Shown here in pieces: positions 12,949 through 27,189 of a DNA stretch of 64,000 bases (its first letter is position 1; the number at the start of each line of letters is the position of its first letter). Made by a program: the position numbers and the translations under genes. Below the pieces are notes generated by a model. The model saw nothing but the letters and a program-made list of their open reading frames with translations. It did no database searches and was not told the origin of the DNA. Origin of the DNA: Octopus sinensis (lineage: Eukaryota); the NCBI RefSeq assembly GCF_006345805.1, contig NC_043002.1:15748001-15812000 (forward strand), read 5' to 3'.

Positions 12949-14094
12949 CTATAAGAGACTTGATGGTGGCTCTGTTGCCTCGTTGCGCGTCTCCACCACT
13001 CGGGCCTCTTGGGCGGCTCCAACTCCTTCGTTCCTCAGAGCACGCATCCTAGCTCTGACAACGCATCCCTCGTGTTTGGCGTTGAGGTGTTGGTCGAGGG
13101 CCAATCTCGCCGCCAGTACGTTGGACGCGATGCCAGTTCTAAGTGCCTCTTCTAAAACCTTAACTAAATCTCCCTCTATTCTATTTCGGTCTAATGCTAG
13201 GGCTCTACTGTATCTGACTGATTCTGCTTTAATCGCTTTTTTTAGGGCATACCACCATCTGTTGTTGATGATGGTACCCGTCAAAGCTCTCTTAACTAAT
13301 GTGCTGATCCGGTCCCTGTAAACCTGTCGTGCTGTAAAAGACGCGTTCAGTTTCCAGTAACCAGGACCCTGCCTATGTGTCTTATCTAAGTCAAGTGTAC
13401 AAGTCACAAACTTGTGATCTGTGTAACTGACTATATGAAATTGTGGACGACCTACACTATTTTTATCTATTGTCCTACAGAATACTCTATCTAAGTATGA
13501 TATGGACGACCCGATGCGGTTACTCCATGTCCACATTGGCACATTCGGGTGGTCCAGTCGGTACCTGTCAGACAGTTGGAAACGTCTGAGCAGGTCTTTG
13601 AGGCATTTGCATCCCCTTCTATTGCTATCTCTGCCCACGTAGTCTAGATGCGTGTCCAGGGTGGCATTCCAATCCCCCACTAAAAGTAAAGGACGAGACG
13701 TTCTCATGAAAGACTCTAGACGTCGAAAGAAATCTGGTCGGCCTGTTAAGGACGGAGCATAAACTGCTATCAGTCGAAAAGCACACTCATTGCTGCCATC
13801 GACATCCAAAACGACCAGCCTACCCTCCGGGTCTAGGAAATTTGCTCTTACTTTGAGATCCAGACTCTTCCGGATAAGCACCGCGGTGCCACCTCCGCCC
13901 ATTCTCGGTAGACACGGAGAAAAATAAATGTTGAAATGTGTACCGAAAATGTGCTGGAGTGCCCGCAAGCTGTGGAGTCTGGTCTCACTGATGGCTATGA
14001 TATTCAGATTTAGTGACTTGATGTCATTTAACAGGTAGCCTTGTTTCCAAGGCGACCCCAAGCCACGTACATTTATACTACCTATTCTGAGCAT
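12949..14094 (-). pseudogene. ORF2 apurinic-endonuclease-like domain
   Basis: MLRIGSINVRGL, ISETRL, AVYAPS, VGDWNA, SYLDRV, TDHK, and GPGYWKLN (typical of L1/Tx1 elements). Likely ATG at 14094. Confidence 0.92.
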
Positions 14095-14136
14095 GTTCCG
14101 ATAAAAGTGCAAAAAAGGAAAAGGAGAGAGAAAAGG

Positions 14137-16372
14137 TTACTTGTTTTTCGAAAGTTCTTTGTCTTTCACCTCACGGTCTTCTTCTATGAGGCTTTTATAC
14201 AGTTTTTTCGATGAGTACTTTTGAAATCTCCCTACTGCATCAGGGTAAAGAGATTTCAGGGTGCTGTATGTGTTCTGTGTCACGTGTTATTTTTAATGTG
14301 TTGTGGTGGTTTTTGTGTGGGGTGGTTACTTGTTTTTATGTCGTTTTCAGTAATGTTAGTGTTTGACCTAATGTGTTCCATTAGGTCGTGGTTGTTTGTG
14401 TTAATGGCTGTCAACATTTTTGGGGGGTTTGATGATGGTGTGTTTGTGTTGATGTGTGTGTTTTCTGTGGATGTTTTTGTTTCGGGAGTGGTGTATCTTC
14501 CCGCTTTGTTTGTTATTTTTTCTTTTCTTTTTTTTCCCCTTTTTCTTCTCCCCCTGTGGCTATTTGCCAATCTTCCGTGTCTTCTTCGTCTAATGACAGA
14601 TCAGACGAATCGGAGTCTGGAAGAGGGAAAGTATTGGGGTATATTGTCGACTGTGTTGGTTTTGTTGTTGGTGTTGGTTGGTGAGCGTTTGGTTGTGGTG
14701 TATGCGGTTTTGGATGTGGGGTTTGGGTATTTTGTGTTTGAGTGATTGTGGGTATTGTTGTGTTGTTTAGGGTCTCAATTTTGTGGGGATTTGGAGTTGT
14801 AATTGTTTCTTCATTTTTGCTGGGTGTCTTTTTGGCAGATGTCCTTGGTTTGGGAGTTGGTATATTCTTGGTTGTTGTTGTTGGTGATGCTGCTTCTGTT
14901 CTTGGTGCTGCAGTTGGTGTGGTTGTTTGTTTGGTGAGGTTTGTTCCTGCAAAAAGTGGTGTGGGTAGTAAACCTTGTTTATTTGTTTTTGTTTCCGGCT
15001 GCTGTTGTTGTTGCTGTTGTTTTCTTGCGGCAGATTTGCAGTCTTTTTTTAGGTGTTGCTCACTGCCGCATATGTAGCAACGTGGTCTTCTGCCATCGAC
15101 GACCACATATAACTTGTGGTCGTCTGATACACATATCTGTGTGGGTATTTTTTTTATATCTTCATGATGTATATGTAGAAGAAATTCTACTTTTTTTCCC
15201 ACCCAGTTTTTATGGCTTGTAAAGTCTATGGCTTGTAAAGGCCTTATGCGTAAAAATGGCGAATTATACTATTTTGGAAACCACAGTCACAGAGACTGTG
15301 GTTTCCAAAATAGTATAATTCGCCATTTTTACGCATAAGGCCTTTACAAGCCATGGACTATTGGCTATTTTGGGGACATTGTTTAGAGTGATCTTAGTCA
15401 CTTTCTGTCCCCGATAGCTTGGTGTAAGTTGGAGTTCATTTGAGTGAAGAGTTAGCGTTGAGAAATGTCTAGCTAACTCTTCGGTGTAGAAAACAACTTG
15501 TATGTGGGCAAATTTGTTCCACCAGGTTACATATTCTTTGTGATCCCAGATGGGTTTCAAGGACTTCTCTATTTTGCTTGTGTTGGCCTTCTCTGGGATT
15601 TTTGTTTTTTTGTTAACTATTTTATAAATGATTGTTCGTCTTTTTTCATTTTCCAAAATGTTTTCTGGTATGTTTATATTTACTATACCTTCTGATTCTG
15701 TTATTTTGATGTTCGTGTCCTGTATTTGTTGAGCCGTAAAGTATATTGTTGTTGTTTTTCTTTAATCGCCTCAGCGAAATTTGTTGTTGTTTTGTTATTG
15801 TTGTTGCTTGTGGTGATGTTGTTGTTGGCTGCAGTTTGTAAAATTGGTGTGTTTGGTTCGATCGTGCAAGTAGGAAGGGGTGGAAAATTGCCTGCGTACT
15901 TTAGTCCTGCACTAGGGCAAATTTCGACATTTCGTTTGCTTGTCGTCGTTATTTTTTCACTTGTTGGTGATGGAGTGAGCAGTGGTTGAAGGGAATTGTT
16001 GTTGTCGTCGTTGTTGTTGTTGTTGTTGTTGTTGTTATTGTCGTTCTTGGTGACGGCGGTGGTGTTGGTAGTATTAGTAGCATTGACGGCACGGTCTTTG
16101 GTGGCGGTGATGGTGATGTTGGTGTTGTTATTGGTGGCGATATCTTTAGTAGGGATAGCAGTTTTAGTAGCAGATTCTGCCATGGTGTTGGTGGTGGTGG
16201 TGGACTCACTGATGGTGTTGACGGTGCTTGGCCTTGCGACCTTTGTTTTGTATTTGTTGCTGTTGATGGTGGTGGAGTTGTCAGGTTCGGCGTATGCTAA
16301 CAGAGCATCCTGTTTTTCTGTTTCTGCGTCACGCTTGACTTGCACCGCAGCCTCGTGGTGGCCAGTGGCCAT
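14137..16372 (-). pseudogene. ORF1 (gag-like nucleic-acid-binding protein), broken into several frames
   Basis: ORF pieces 15701-16402, 15264-15656, 14513-15202 and 14280-14570. CCHC knuckle CYICGSEQHLKKDC; T/N/Q/P-rich low-complexity linkers. Confidence 0.8.
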
Positions 16373-16589
16373 TTTGGAAATAAAATGGCTAAATGAAACC
16401 ACGAAGGCTATGAGAATTTTTTCTTTTAAATTTTGCCCACAAGGGGCAAAATTTTGTGTCGATATTTAACAAAGGTTTACAGTGGATGTTGTTGCACAAC
16501 TTTTAAGCACAAAATGTTTGTCAATATACACTTTTAAATAGTCAAAATAAATGATTACCTTCGGAGCTGAAACGACATCACATCCGTCA

Positions 16590-16709
<120 letters not shown>

Positions 16710-17239
16710 AATTTATTGTTGCACATATATATAATGTAGAAGGCAAATTATTTTAACAACTCGTTGTTCTTTTGCTACAATTTCTAAATTACGAATTATT
16801 TCTCTTCTTCAACGCTCTCTGTGTGTGTATGTGTGTTTACTTGTGTTTTCACATTAATCGTAATTCAATTTGATAAAATTCAACAAGGAAAACCACTGGG
16901 AAATAGTTATCGTTTTATTTAACACAAGCGAGCTATCTTCTGTTAGCGATGTCAGAAGTCCAATTGAGAAATAACTCAAATTGTCTGAACTAATAAATAA
17001 ACGATGAATAATATTTAGAAGAGTTTAATTTAAGTAGGGCACTGCTAAACAAAGAAGACAACATAGGGGCTATAAACTGTTTCTAAATAAGTAAGAGGGC
17101 AGTTAAAATGCAAGATATTAAACTTAGATTTTCAGCTGTTAAAGGTTCTGAATTTACTCTGTTATACCAGAATATTCCGTAAGAACTCTTTCGAGAAACA
17201 TTGGAAAGGAATGAAGAGGTGAGAAAATGTTTCCGATCG

Positions 17240-18100
17240 TTTCCAAAGTTATCAATCATTTATCCACTTCCGCGACCCATCATTCCAGGATGGTTGTGGC
17301 AGTAGAGTTCTCAGGTCATCTGGCGTAGGGGTCTGTCAGAAAGAATTGTCATTGCATTTATCAACTAGATTCTCAAACATGAGAAACTGAATCTAAGAAT
17401 GCCATCGAAACATCTCACCCTTGTTCTACCCCTTGGTTCCTTGCCAGTTGGCTTGGCTTCATGAAATCTATCTTGTATTTCTTTCAAGTGACATTCTAAT
17501 CACAAGTCTACATTACAGGAGCAGTGGCTTCTCAGTGCCGAGAAGTAGGGGCTCGATCTGGGGGAGTCTCCCTGGTCTTCGAACTACGCGCCACGTCTAG
17601 GAACGGTGCGTCAGAGATTCATCGGAGGAACCTCATTTCGTACTCTTATGTCCACGATCGAACTCTTTTGAGTGCCATCCAAATTCGTAACCATAGGTGT
17701 GGATGGGCATAAAAGCTTCAATATATTCCACAACAAAGAGGCAGCGAACTGGCAGAAACGTTAGCATGCCGGGCGAAATGCGTAGCCGTGTTTCGTCTGC
17801 CGTTGGGTTCTGAGTTCAAACTCCACCGAGGTCGACTTTGCCTTTCATCCTTTCAGGGTCGATTAAATAAGTACCAGTTACGCACTGAGGTCGATGTAAT
17901 CGATTTAATCCGTTTTTGTCTGTCCTTGTTTGTTCCCTCTGTGTTTAGCCCCTTGTGGGTAGTAAAGAAATATATATTCCACAACAAAGAAGTGCTTTCT
18001 TCTTCTTCAATATGGTGTAACAGAAATAATTTCTGCCATTTTCAGGCAAACATATCGGCGTATAACGCAATAAATCTCATGCATTTGGACAAGATAGTAT
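17240..18100 (-). pseudogene. Decayed RTE-type LINE 3' fragment, interrupted by a SINE
   Basis: Minus strand 17600-17720 gives FMPIHTYGYEFW...RVRSW...EMRFLR, resembling the RTE-clade LTYGxExW...EMRFLR C-terminal region. Boundaries approximate. Confidence 0.55.
17740..17971 (+). mobile_element. tRNA-derived SINE, family B (Tx1-like tail), with 19-bp TSD
   Basis: TSD atatattccacaacaaaga at 17721-17739 and 17972-17990. B box gagttcaaa. Central gcctttcatcctttc..ggtcgat..aagtaccag resembles the MetaSINE domain (from memory). Tail ends aaagaaata. Confidence 0.92.
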
Positions 18101-18663
18101 GACGGGAACAGATAAGAGTGGAAGAGTTAGTTTGACAGCATAAAAGCAGTTAGGACAATAAATCAAAATGACAGTAAATTTCTGTATCATTTAAATGGTA
18201 TGGAACACCGTAATATATTTAAAACTCCTCTTCATAAATACACCTATCTTTAGCAAGAAGATCAAATCAGTCCATCATCATACCAGCAAGGAATCACAAA
18301 CTGGTAAAAGAACTCATTGAATCACATCTCTCATATAGCTTGCTCAAAGACAAGGTATTGATCCGATTCATATATTTGGTACCATCTTGATAGAAAAATG
18401 CATGAAAATAATTGCAAATCACATCAGTTTCAGAGTTGCGGAATGTAAACACAATTGGCAGGAATATGGATAGACATTGCTCAATCTTTCATTGATAATT
18501 TAATCAAAGCTACGTCTAATCAGTTTAATACACTGATATTATAGAAAGGACTAGCTGCAAAGTAATGAGATAATGTATTTTACTGTAAAGATATACCTAG
18601 CCAATTTAAACCTGGGACATATACTCGTGTATGTAAGTGTGAGGGTATGTACACATACAAAAA

Positions 18664-18892
18664 GGCGGCGAGCTGGCAGAAACGTTAGCACGCTGGGCGA
18701 AATGCTTAGCGGTATTTCGTCTGCGTTACGTTGTGAGTTCAAATTCCGCCGTGGTCGACTTTACCTTTCATCCTTTCGGGGTCGATAAATTAAGTACCAG
18801 TTACGCACTGGGTCGATGTAATCGACTTAATACCTATGTCTGTCCTTGTTTGTCCCCTCTGTGTTTAGCCCCTTGTGGGTAATAAAGAAATA
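18664..18892 (+). mobile_element. SINE family B with 16-bp TSD
   Basis: TSD ggtatgtacacataca at 18644-18659 and 18893-18908. Full head ggcggcgagctggcagaaacgttagc and tail tttgtcccctctgtgtttagccccttgtgggtaataaagaaata. Confidence 0.93.
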
Positions 18893-18949
18893 GGTATGTA
18901 CACATACATGCATACTTCTAATTTAAAAGCAGCAGAAATTTAACAAAAG

Positions 18950-18987
18950 CTGTTACTCGGAGTTTCACGTTTCCGTTCGTCAGACAG
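18950..18987 (-). ncRNA. Type I minimal hammerhead ribozyme motif
   Basis: Minus strand reads CTGT-CTGACGA-ACG-GAAA-CGT-GAAA-CTCCGAG-TA-ACAG: full core, stem I CTGT/ACAG, stem II ACG/CGT, stem III ACTC/GAGT, GUA cleavage triplet. Confidence 0.8.
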
Positions 18988-19142
18988 TTTATTATTCTAG
19001 CTCTGGTATTTGAGTACTCTTTTTTCCACCTTGTTTCACATTTATGTTTTTACTCCGGTATTTATATATACATATATACACACATATATATATAGATTTA
19101 CATATACCTATATATATATATATATATATACATTTACATATA

Positions 19143-19189
<47 letters not shown>

Positions 19190-19239
19190 TATATGCACAC
19201 ACTGGTATAATAATTATATGAATGCATATACATACACTA

Positions 19240-19313
<74 letters not shown>

Positions 19314-21369
19314 TGAATAAGCATTCGCAAAAACATCTATACATGCCTCTGCCAACACGCATATATGTATGCGTGTAAATATGTATTTATAAGTCTGTAT
19401 TTGCCATGTATATTTTTTCTGTTGATTCTGTGATCTTTCAAAACAATCTTTGTTCGTCTTGTAGTAGGGAAATCATAAAAGATGTACGCTGCCTAAATTT
19501 CATATCGTATTGCGTATCTTCGTCATATGATTCTTGGTTGCATTATCTTTAAAAACATCGGCACCTCTGTTTTGTATCTATAGCAACATATTTACATTGA
19601 TACCCACCATTAATCTTCTCGAGAAAAGTTAAAATATTTCCACAATCATTATTACGAAAAGAATACTTTTCATCTGAAAGATTCGTTGTGATTTACCTTC
19701 TCAATTTTTATGATTAATTTGTGAACCATAATTTTCTTTGTAAATGGATTAGGAAAATTAAGACTGTGAAATAGAGAAATTGCACTCACTTCAGTTTTAT
19801 AAACTTCTAAATATGAATTGCTGTCTTTCCTTTGAGTGTTTCATGTACAGCTCTAACTTACCATAATTTCTACTACTTGTGTTGCCTGTGACGATAACGG
19901 ATGTTGTCGTTGGCGGCTACCACATTGACAACGTCTATTACAGGTAAAAACAGCGGGCTTAATCGGGGTCACTGCCTATCTAGATATCTATAGCGGCAGG
20001 AATTATGCAGACATACATTTCTTTGACTGTATCCTTACGAAAATAGCCCTTTGCGCCAGAAATATAACCGTTTTCAAACTTTCCGCAGTGTTAGAAGCTT
20101 TTCTTGTGTCATTTCATATTGTATTAGAATATGTAGTTTTGTGCTATGCTGTACATAAGTATTGCAAATGTATTCTCCGGTGAAGGTTTTATTGTACTGC
20201 AGACTATTTTCTTCATAGGTATATAGGAATGGCTTGCGAATTACGCAGTCTTGTCATTAATTACAAACCCCTATGTTGCTGTTGCATTCGTGATTTATAA
20301 GTTTCAAAGTTTAGAAAAGTTGATTTATTCTGAATCATCTCTTCCTCATCTACTGCTTGTCTGCTCACATATATTTCTGATACATTGTCACTTATTGAAA
20401 AAACACCCCGAAATTCTGTCTTTACTTTTGGCACATTTAAATGGTTGTCATAACTCTTCTTCCATTCATAAAATTATTCTAAAAATATACTCCTGGATTC
20501 AGATCCTTTTTTAAAGTTATTCAGACTCGGATTTACATATCGCTTTGAATTTCAATAATAGGGAACGTATTCATAGATGATTTTTACGTACATACATCAC
20601 TGAAAGTCGTGTTTAGATGTAAACATTTTAAACACGCACATAAAATATTTTCTTCCCAGGCATTGCACCCACTCCTAACAACACCTATCCACTTGTTCCC
20701 ATCTATTCCATTGTAGCATCCTGTGTTTTGTATTGTAATAATAAAAGAGTTTATGTCAACCCCTACTCTACCTCTTTTTCTGGGCATTTACAACTATGTA
20801 AATGATTCCTCCTGAAATTTGTTTCTTTATGCAGTCAAGGGAATTTTTAGTCATATTGAATTAAGTTTTGGGAGAATATCTAAATATATTTAATTTATGA
20901 TCATCAAATAGATCTGAAATGTCAACTGCTAGTAGTCTTAATTCTTAATAAACGCAGCATCCTAGCTGCATTTGATCTTTTCATGATGATAGGGAGATAG
21001 ATAAAAATTGTTGACAAATTACAGCAGCGTGGAATTATTTCAATCTCCAGCTGTGATAAAATATTTGCTAAAAATGATAATAGAATATTCTCACTGTTGC
21101 AAATCTGTGCTGTTGCAACTGAAGATGGCGATAATTTTCAAATGAAAGTAATGCTTGCATTGTTCGGTTAAATGGAGCCGCCTGAAACGGCCGTATTGCA
21201 TTAAAACCGTGACATATTTTTTAGTTACCTGATTTGTATTCACTTTACTTCGAGTTATGCTGAAAATACCGGACTGATTTTGGTGTCTGAACTTAAGTAC
21301 CTAATTCAACTAAATCTTAATTATTTCCTATATATAAGCTCATCTTATTAATCTCATGAATGTATCTCA

Positions 21370-21950
21370 CCATTTTTGGACAGATGAGTGACTGGTGATG
21401 AAAAACACAACTTTTTGAATGAAAACGTTCAGCGACGCTCAGTCGTGGAAACAGAATAACGATAACTCAAAAACGACCTCTATGCAAAAAGTTTCTTCTT
21501 TGCGTTTGGTGGTATAGCATTGATGTAATCACTTTGAGCTGCTGTCAACTAATGTAGGCATTACTGCTCGCATCTATTGCCAATATTTAGAGCGTATGTT
21601 GCTTTCAAGAAGAAAAAAGGCCCAGTTTGGTGATTCGTAAAGGAGTGGTGTTTCATTATGATAAAGCAAGGACCCACACTGCAAAAATTACATCAGAAAA
21701 AAGCGAAAAGCTTGACTTGGAAAAGAATCCCCCTTTCGCCTTATTTTCGGACCTTGCTCCTTCTGATAATCACTTGCTTCGAAGCTTACAAAATGATTTA
21801 GATGGATTAATTCTCAAAAGCTCCAAACAGGTCGAAACTGGCTCCTCTTCCTTCTTATGAAAAAGAAGAGGTTTTTCTCCAATGGAATTAAAAGCCTGAG
21901 GAGCAGATGGAAGGAATTCATCGATAATGTTTAGAGTTATATACAGGATT
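21370..21950 (+). pseudogene. Decayed mariner (DD34D-type) transposase fragment
   Basis: VTGDEK (gtgactggtgatgaaaaa), GVVFHYDKARTH and SDLAPSDNHLLRSLQN motifs, with stops and frameshifts. Confidence 0.85.
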
Positions 21951-23039
21951 AAATTTCAAAAGATGTAAAATTAGATGACTGTTTTTCTTTACAGAAAATT
22001 TGGACAGTACGTATGGGATTACCTGATATAAAAATGTGTTTCATATATACGGAAGAAAGAGAGAAAGTATGTAATGGAGAGAGAACGACAAGGAGATAGT
22101 CGGGCAGAGACATTCTTTTGAATGTTTTAGTTGTAGTGTTGAAGAAGTAAATATTGAAAGGAAATTTAAATATACAGTTCAAGGATAGCAGTAAACGTTA
22201 CAGAATATAATTGCACCAACACTGAGTATGTTTCAAAGTAACATGGAAATGTAATCTCAGTCTATGACATGTCAAACGATAAAAATAACAACAAACATAA
22301 CACTTATTCAATTTTTTTTTTAAATGACGTTTGGAAAATAAAATTTACTTATTTTATTGGATTAAATCCACCATAAAAAAATTCTATTTCAGCGTTTCCC
22401 TGATTCTTATTTTAGGTTGGCGCCTCTGGACCTGGAAGAAGGAAAATGAAAGTTTATAGCTGCTTTTACATTCATACTAAATAAAATTATTAAATATAGT
22501 AAAATAACTCATATTCGTTGAAGATGATTCGACTTCCTAGGAATAAATAGTAAACTTCACTCAAATAAGAGACACATTTATTTCGGTAAAGTACTCTCCT
22601 GGATAATGTCGACGCGGTTTTTCTGAGTGGGTAATGTAGTCTCGCACATATTAATCATATACAAAGGTGACTGCGAGTGAAGATGTTTTTTTTCTTTTTT
22701 CCCCACCTAAAACTTACCTGTTGTCAATTAACAACTATTATCTCATGTCAATTTGAGATAGGAGCAATTATGTGCTTCATCAATTTTGCATAAATTACAG
22801 CAAATTCTTCTTTCAGTCACACGAGTCTCTCGACTTAAATATTACAAATGTGGTAATCTGTTACTGGAATCCTTGCTAAATTACTTTAGCTATAATTCAG
22901 TCATTGCTATGTTCGATTACGGCCCAAACACTAACAATAATCGCTTAAATATCCTTACAAAAAAGTTTTGTTGCATTTATAATATCACAAATGTTATGGC
23001 ATGAGTATGGTTAAACCCACCTCAATATACAACTGGTAT

Positions 23040-23443
23040 TTACTCTTTTACTTGTTTCAGTCATTTGACTTTGGCCATACTGGAGCACTGCCTTTAGTAG
23101 AGAAAATCGACCCCAGGACTTTTTCTATCGGTCTCTAGTACTTATTCTATCGGGCTCTTTTGCCGAACCGCTAAGTTTAGGGGACGTAAACACACCAGCA
23201 TCAGTTGTCAAATGATGTTGGAGGGACAAACACAGCTACACAAACATGTACACACATACATATGTATATACATATCTACGACGGGCTTCTTTCAGTTTCC
23301 GTCTATCAAATCCACTCACAAGGCTTTGGTCGACCCGAGGCTACAGTAGAAGACACTTGCCCAAGGTGCCACGCAGTGGGACTGAACCAGGAACCATGTG
23401 GTTGGTAAGCAAGTTACTTACCGCACAGTCACTCCTGCGCCTA
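23040..23443 (-). mobile_element. SINE family A, full length
   Basis: Reverse complement of the 2284-2697 family, ending actcctgcgccta. Confidence 0.92.
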
Positions 23444-26400
23444 TTTATTGAAAAAATGTGAGTTTCTACATCCACCAACTCACTTCAAATATTACATTGC
23501 TCTCATCAAGAAACACAAGATATATAGAATTATGTCGTTCTTAATTTTTACGAATCCAAATACAAGTTTGTAACGGATGGAATAAATTTAATCGTTGGTC
23601 TTCGTAATGAGAGGAATTAGAACTTTTGACCACAAATCTCTAATCGTTCCACTCACTGTACTACATTTTTTGCAACTCGTCTTACTAATGTATCGAACTT
23701 GTATTATTCTTTATATATTCATGGAAAATCTACATCAACGTGGTGACTGCATATTCTACCGACGTCGATCGAATCCTTCCGCTTTAACTTTCGTTAGAAC
23801 TCCTGTATAATGGTTAGGTCTATGATAACAACAACTAAATTTCTTTCATACCACACTATACTCTGTTTTGAAATGAGTATAAAGTACTGCTATGAGTAAA
23901 CTCTAAAAAAAATTTTTTTTTAAATAAAACAGAAAAAATTTGCAAAGACTGGTTGATCACGACTAGATTTCCCTTTGATCATACATTGCTCAGACAATAT
24001 TTACCAGAGACTAAACAACAGCATTTACTGGTCTATTTTCGATGAAAGAAATTTAATCGTAAACATCTGATAACATCTTACCTGGATGTCATGTGACTTT
24101 GCTTATGAAAGAATACATGCATACAAATAAAACAGTACGAATGTATTGATGACTCATTCCTGCAGCATTGATTTGTGTTTGTGTGAATGTATATATGTGC
24201 ATGTGTGTGCGTGTAGGTATGCATATGTATGTGCGTATACATATACATGTGAAGTAAAATGTCCATTATTTTCCTTCTTTTTATTTGTGTTCTATATATT
24301 AAACTTAACTTTTGAATATATATATATACACCAAAATATTTGCAGTAAATGTATTGTAGGAACACATTTATTATGTGAAAACTTATGTTTGTATTTCTAT
24401 TTTCACACACACACACACATTTACACACACATATATACACATACATGAATGCATAAAATAAAAATATTTACACCTCATGTTAAAAAACAAGTCTTGTCAT
24501 GTTTAAAGAAAAATAAATATATGCATAAAAATATAATGCGATTTCAACCATTTCTCTGATGTGTTTGTGTGTGAGTGTGTCTGTGTGCGTGCGTACGTCC
24601 GTGTACAAATGTATGTATGACTCTATGTACATCTATAAATTCTTCTTATTGTACCTTTTTCTGATTGGATGACCCTTCAAACAATTTCCCTTCAAGTTCG
24701 TACCTAATGTAATATTGTTATGTAAGTTTTGCCAAAAAATTCCAATTTCCGCCTTTTCTAAGACATAGGGCTTTTGGACATAGTAATAAGAATATTTTTA
24801 AAAAATTGTCTTTGCATGCGTGAGATGAATAGCTGTGTCTCACAATTCAATACATAAATAGTTTTTTTTTCTGCTTTTTTGAACTGAATGAAAAGTTCTG
24901 CTGTTATTTTCTGCTATCATTATAGAGTGAGTGCAGTAATATCTACTAACATAACTAAGCTTAGAATATGGTCTAGGATCAATTTCTTAGGCCATCGGCT
25001 TCACATCAATTCCGTTGCTGTCTCTAAGGAAATGTAAGTAAATTATAATTTGTATAAGCGTTTGAGAATATTCAGCAGCTTTGATTTAGTGAGTTTTATT
25101 CTTTGTCTTGCGAGGATGCATCAAAAATCCTTCTTGAGATACGTGTTCAACTCTTGCTTGAACATATTTCACTTCGTTCATATCACCAACGATACAAGAA
25201 TGGATAATGCAGTTGATATCTCTTAACCAAAGTGCAGCGTTCATCTGTTTCTGACAGCAATATATCCAGCTGTACATAGGTGACCCCTGCAACGGACTGG
25301 TGATTCATTCAAGGGTAGGTTTTACTGCCTTCCTAACTAGCAGGATTACATTATTCGAAGTCTCTCAAATTCCGTAGAAGCGCATTGTGACCAGCGATGT
25401 AAGACATCACTGAAATGTAGGGTTAGTACAGTAATAGTGGTGTCAATTCGTAGTTGTTGTATTAAAATATGTATGGCATCAATCAATATAACCGGCAAGA
25501 TAAAACCTCAAAGATAATTGTTCTAAGAATATTTGGAGAGAAACACATCAAAGTGACAGCTTCGTTAGCCTCACTCACGCAGGAGAAATGTGGAGGAGGC
25601 AAATCTACATCTACAACACATCGTCTCCACCGGAAAAATTATATATATATATTTAAAAACTATATATAAAAACTATATATAAAAACTATATATATATTTA
25701 AAAACTATATATATTTAATCTTGCGAGGAACAAGAAAAATATTTTTATCGGATTCGCTTACATTAATTTCTTTCATTTATGCTATAACATTAGATTTCAT
25801 TATTTTCTCATTTGGTGAAGAGATTATTTGGAAATGTTAAAGATAAATGGATATTTGTATGCATGCATAAACATGCATACTTACATACATGTACATAAGC
25901 ATAAATACATATTTGCTATACACATACACACACACACCTATATATAAGTATGCATATACCTATGTCTGTATATATCCATATATCCATCCATCTGTCTATC
26001 TGTCTCTCTCTCTCTCTCTCTTCATATATATATATATATATATAACATATACATCTATATAGTTAATAAAGAACTTCCTTCAATAGAGAACAAACAAACT
26101 ATATGAGAAATAAGAAAAATAAAGAAAAAAGAACATCTTCCGAATGTAAGTATTGAAAATAATTAAATTGTTAAAAGAAATAATGAGACTTTACAACAAT
26201 AAAACCAACAGTACACGAACAATATCACTAATAACAAAAAGCAGAAGCTAAAAGCTCAACCAGAGCGAAGAACTATTCAATTAAAACATGCGTTACATAT
26301 CATAGTATTGATTAACATTTCAAATGGCGCCATTTTATTTTAAGGTATTCCCCCCGCTGAACAATTTAACGGACTACAAAAAGGAAAATAGAAAAAATGC

Positions 26401-26785
26401 TAAATTGGCGTTCAAAAGTCTATTGCAATTTACGCTACGTTTATTTCTTATTCTCCTTAATTTTGTATTCTTCTTCTTCTTCGATTGTTTGCTAGTTCTT
26501 GCTTTATATACTTTTTTTTAATATATTTTTTATAATTTCTTCTGAAGTGATATTTCATACTATTCATGTGAGCTTTTGAAAATCGTCTTCCCCGTTATTT
26601 CCCCTCTCTTAGATTCTGATTTAAATAAATCTCCGAGTGTATATATATATATATATATATGTATATATAATCACATTTCTATGCACATACATACATATAT
26701 ATATATAACCATATAAATACATATATACATTCATATATATGCATACACATATATTCATATATATATATATATATATTTTTCTGTT

Positions 26786-26830
<45 letters not shown>

Positions 26831-27189
26831 TTACACATAAACACACATGTGTGGGAGTACTGTTTATATATGTATGCGTGAAACACCCATACACCCATAT
26901 ATATATATATATATATATATATAAGGAGACAAAGAGCAGAGAAAGAGAGTCAGACATAAATATACAAAAATTCATTCTCTATCCTTATCTTAACTTCCAT
27001 GTTTTCTCATGCAGTATATCATTTCCTGTGATGTTTTTGTTCTTTTTTCGTACCTAAATTTTCTGAATTATCATTTGCCTTTCCTTTTATTATTGTTATA
27101 TCGATTGTAGGAGTTGGTACAATATGCTACTGTTTAACTAATATGTGGCGAGTTCAAGCTAACATCAACTCTTTACGTCTGTCATAATC

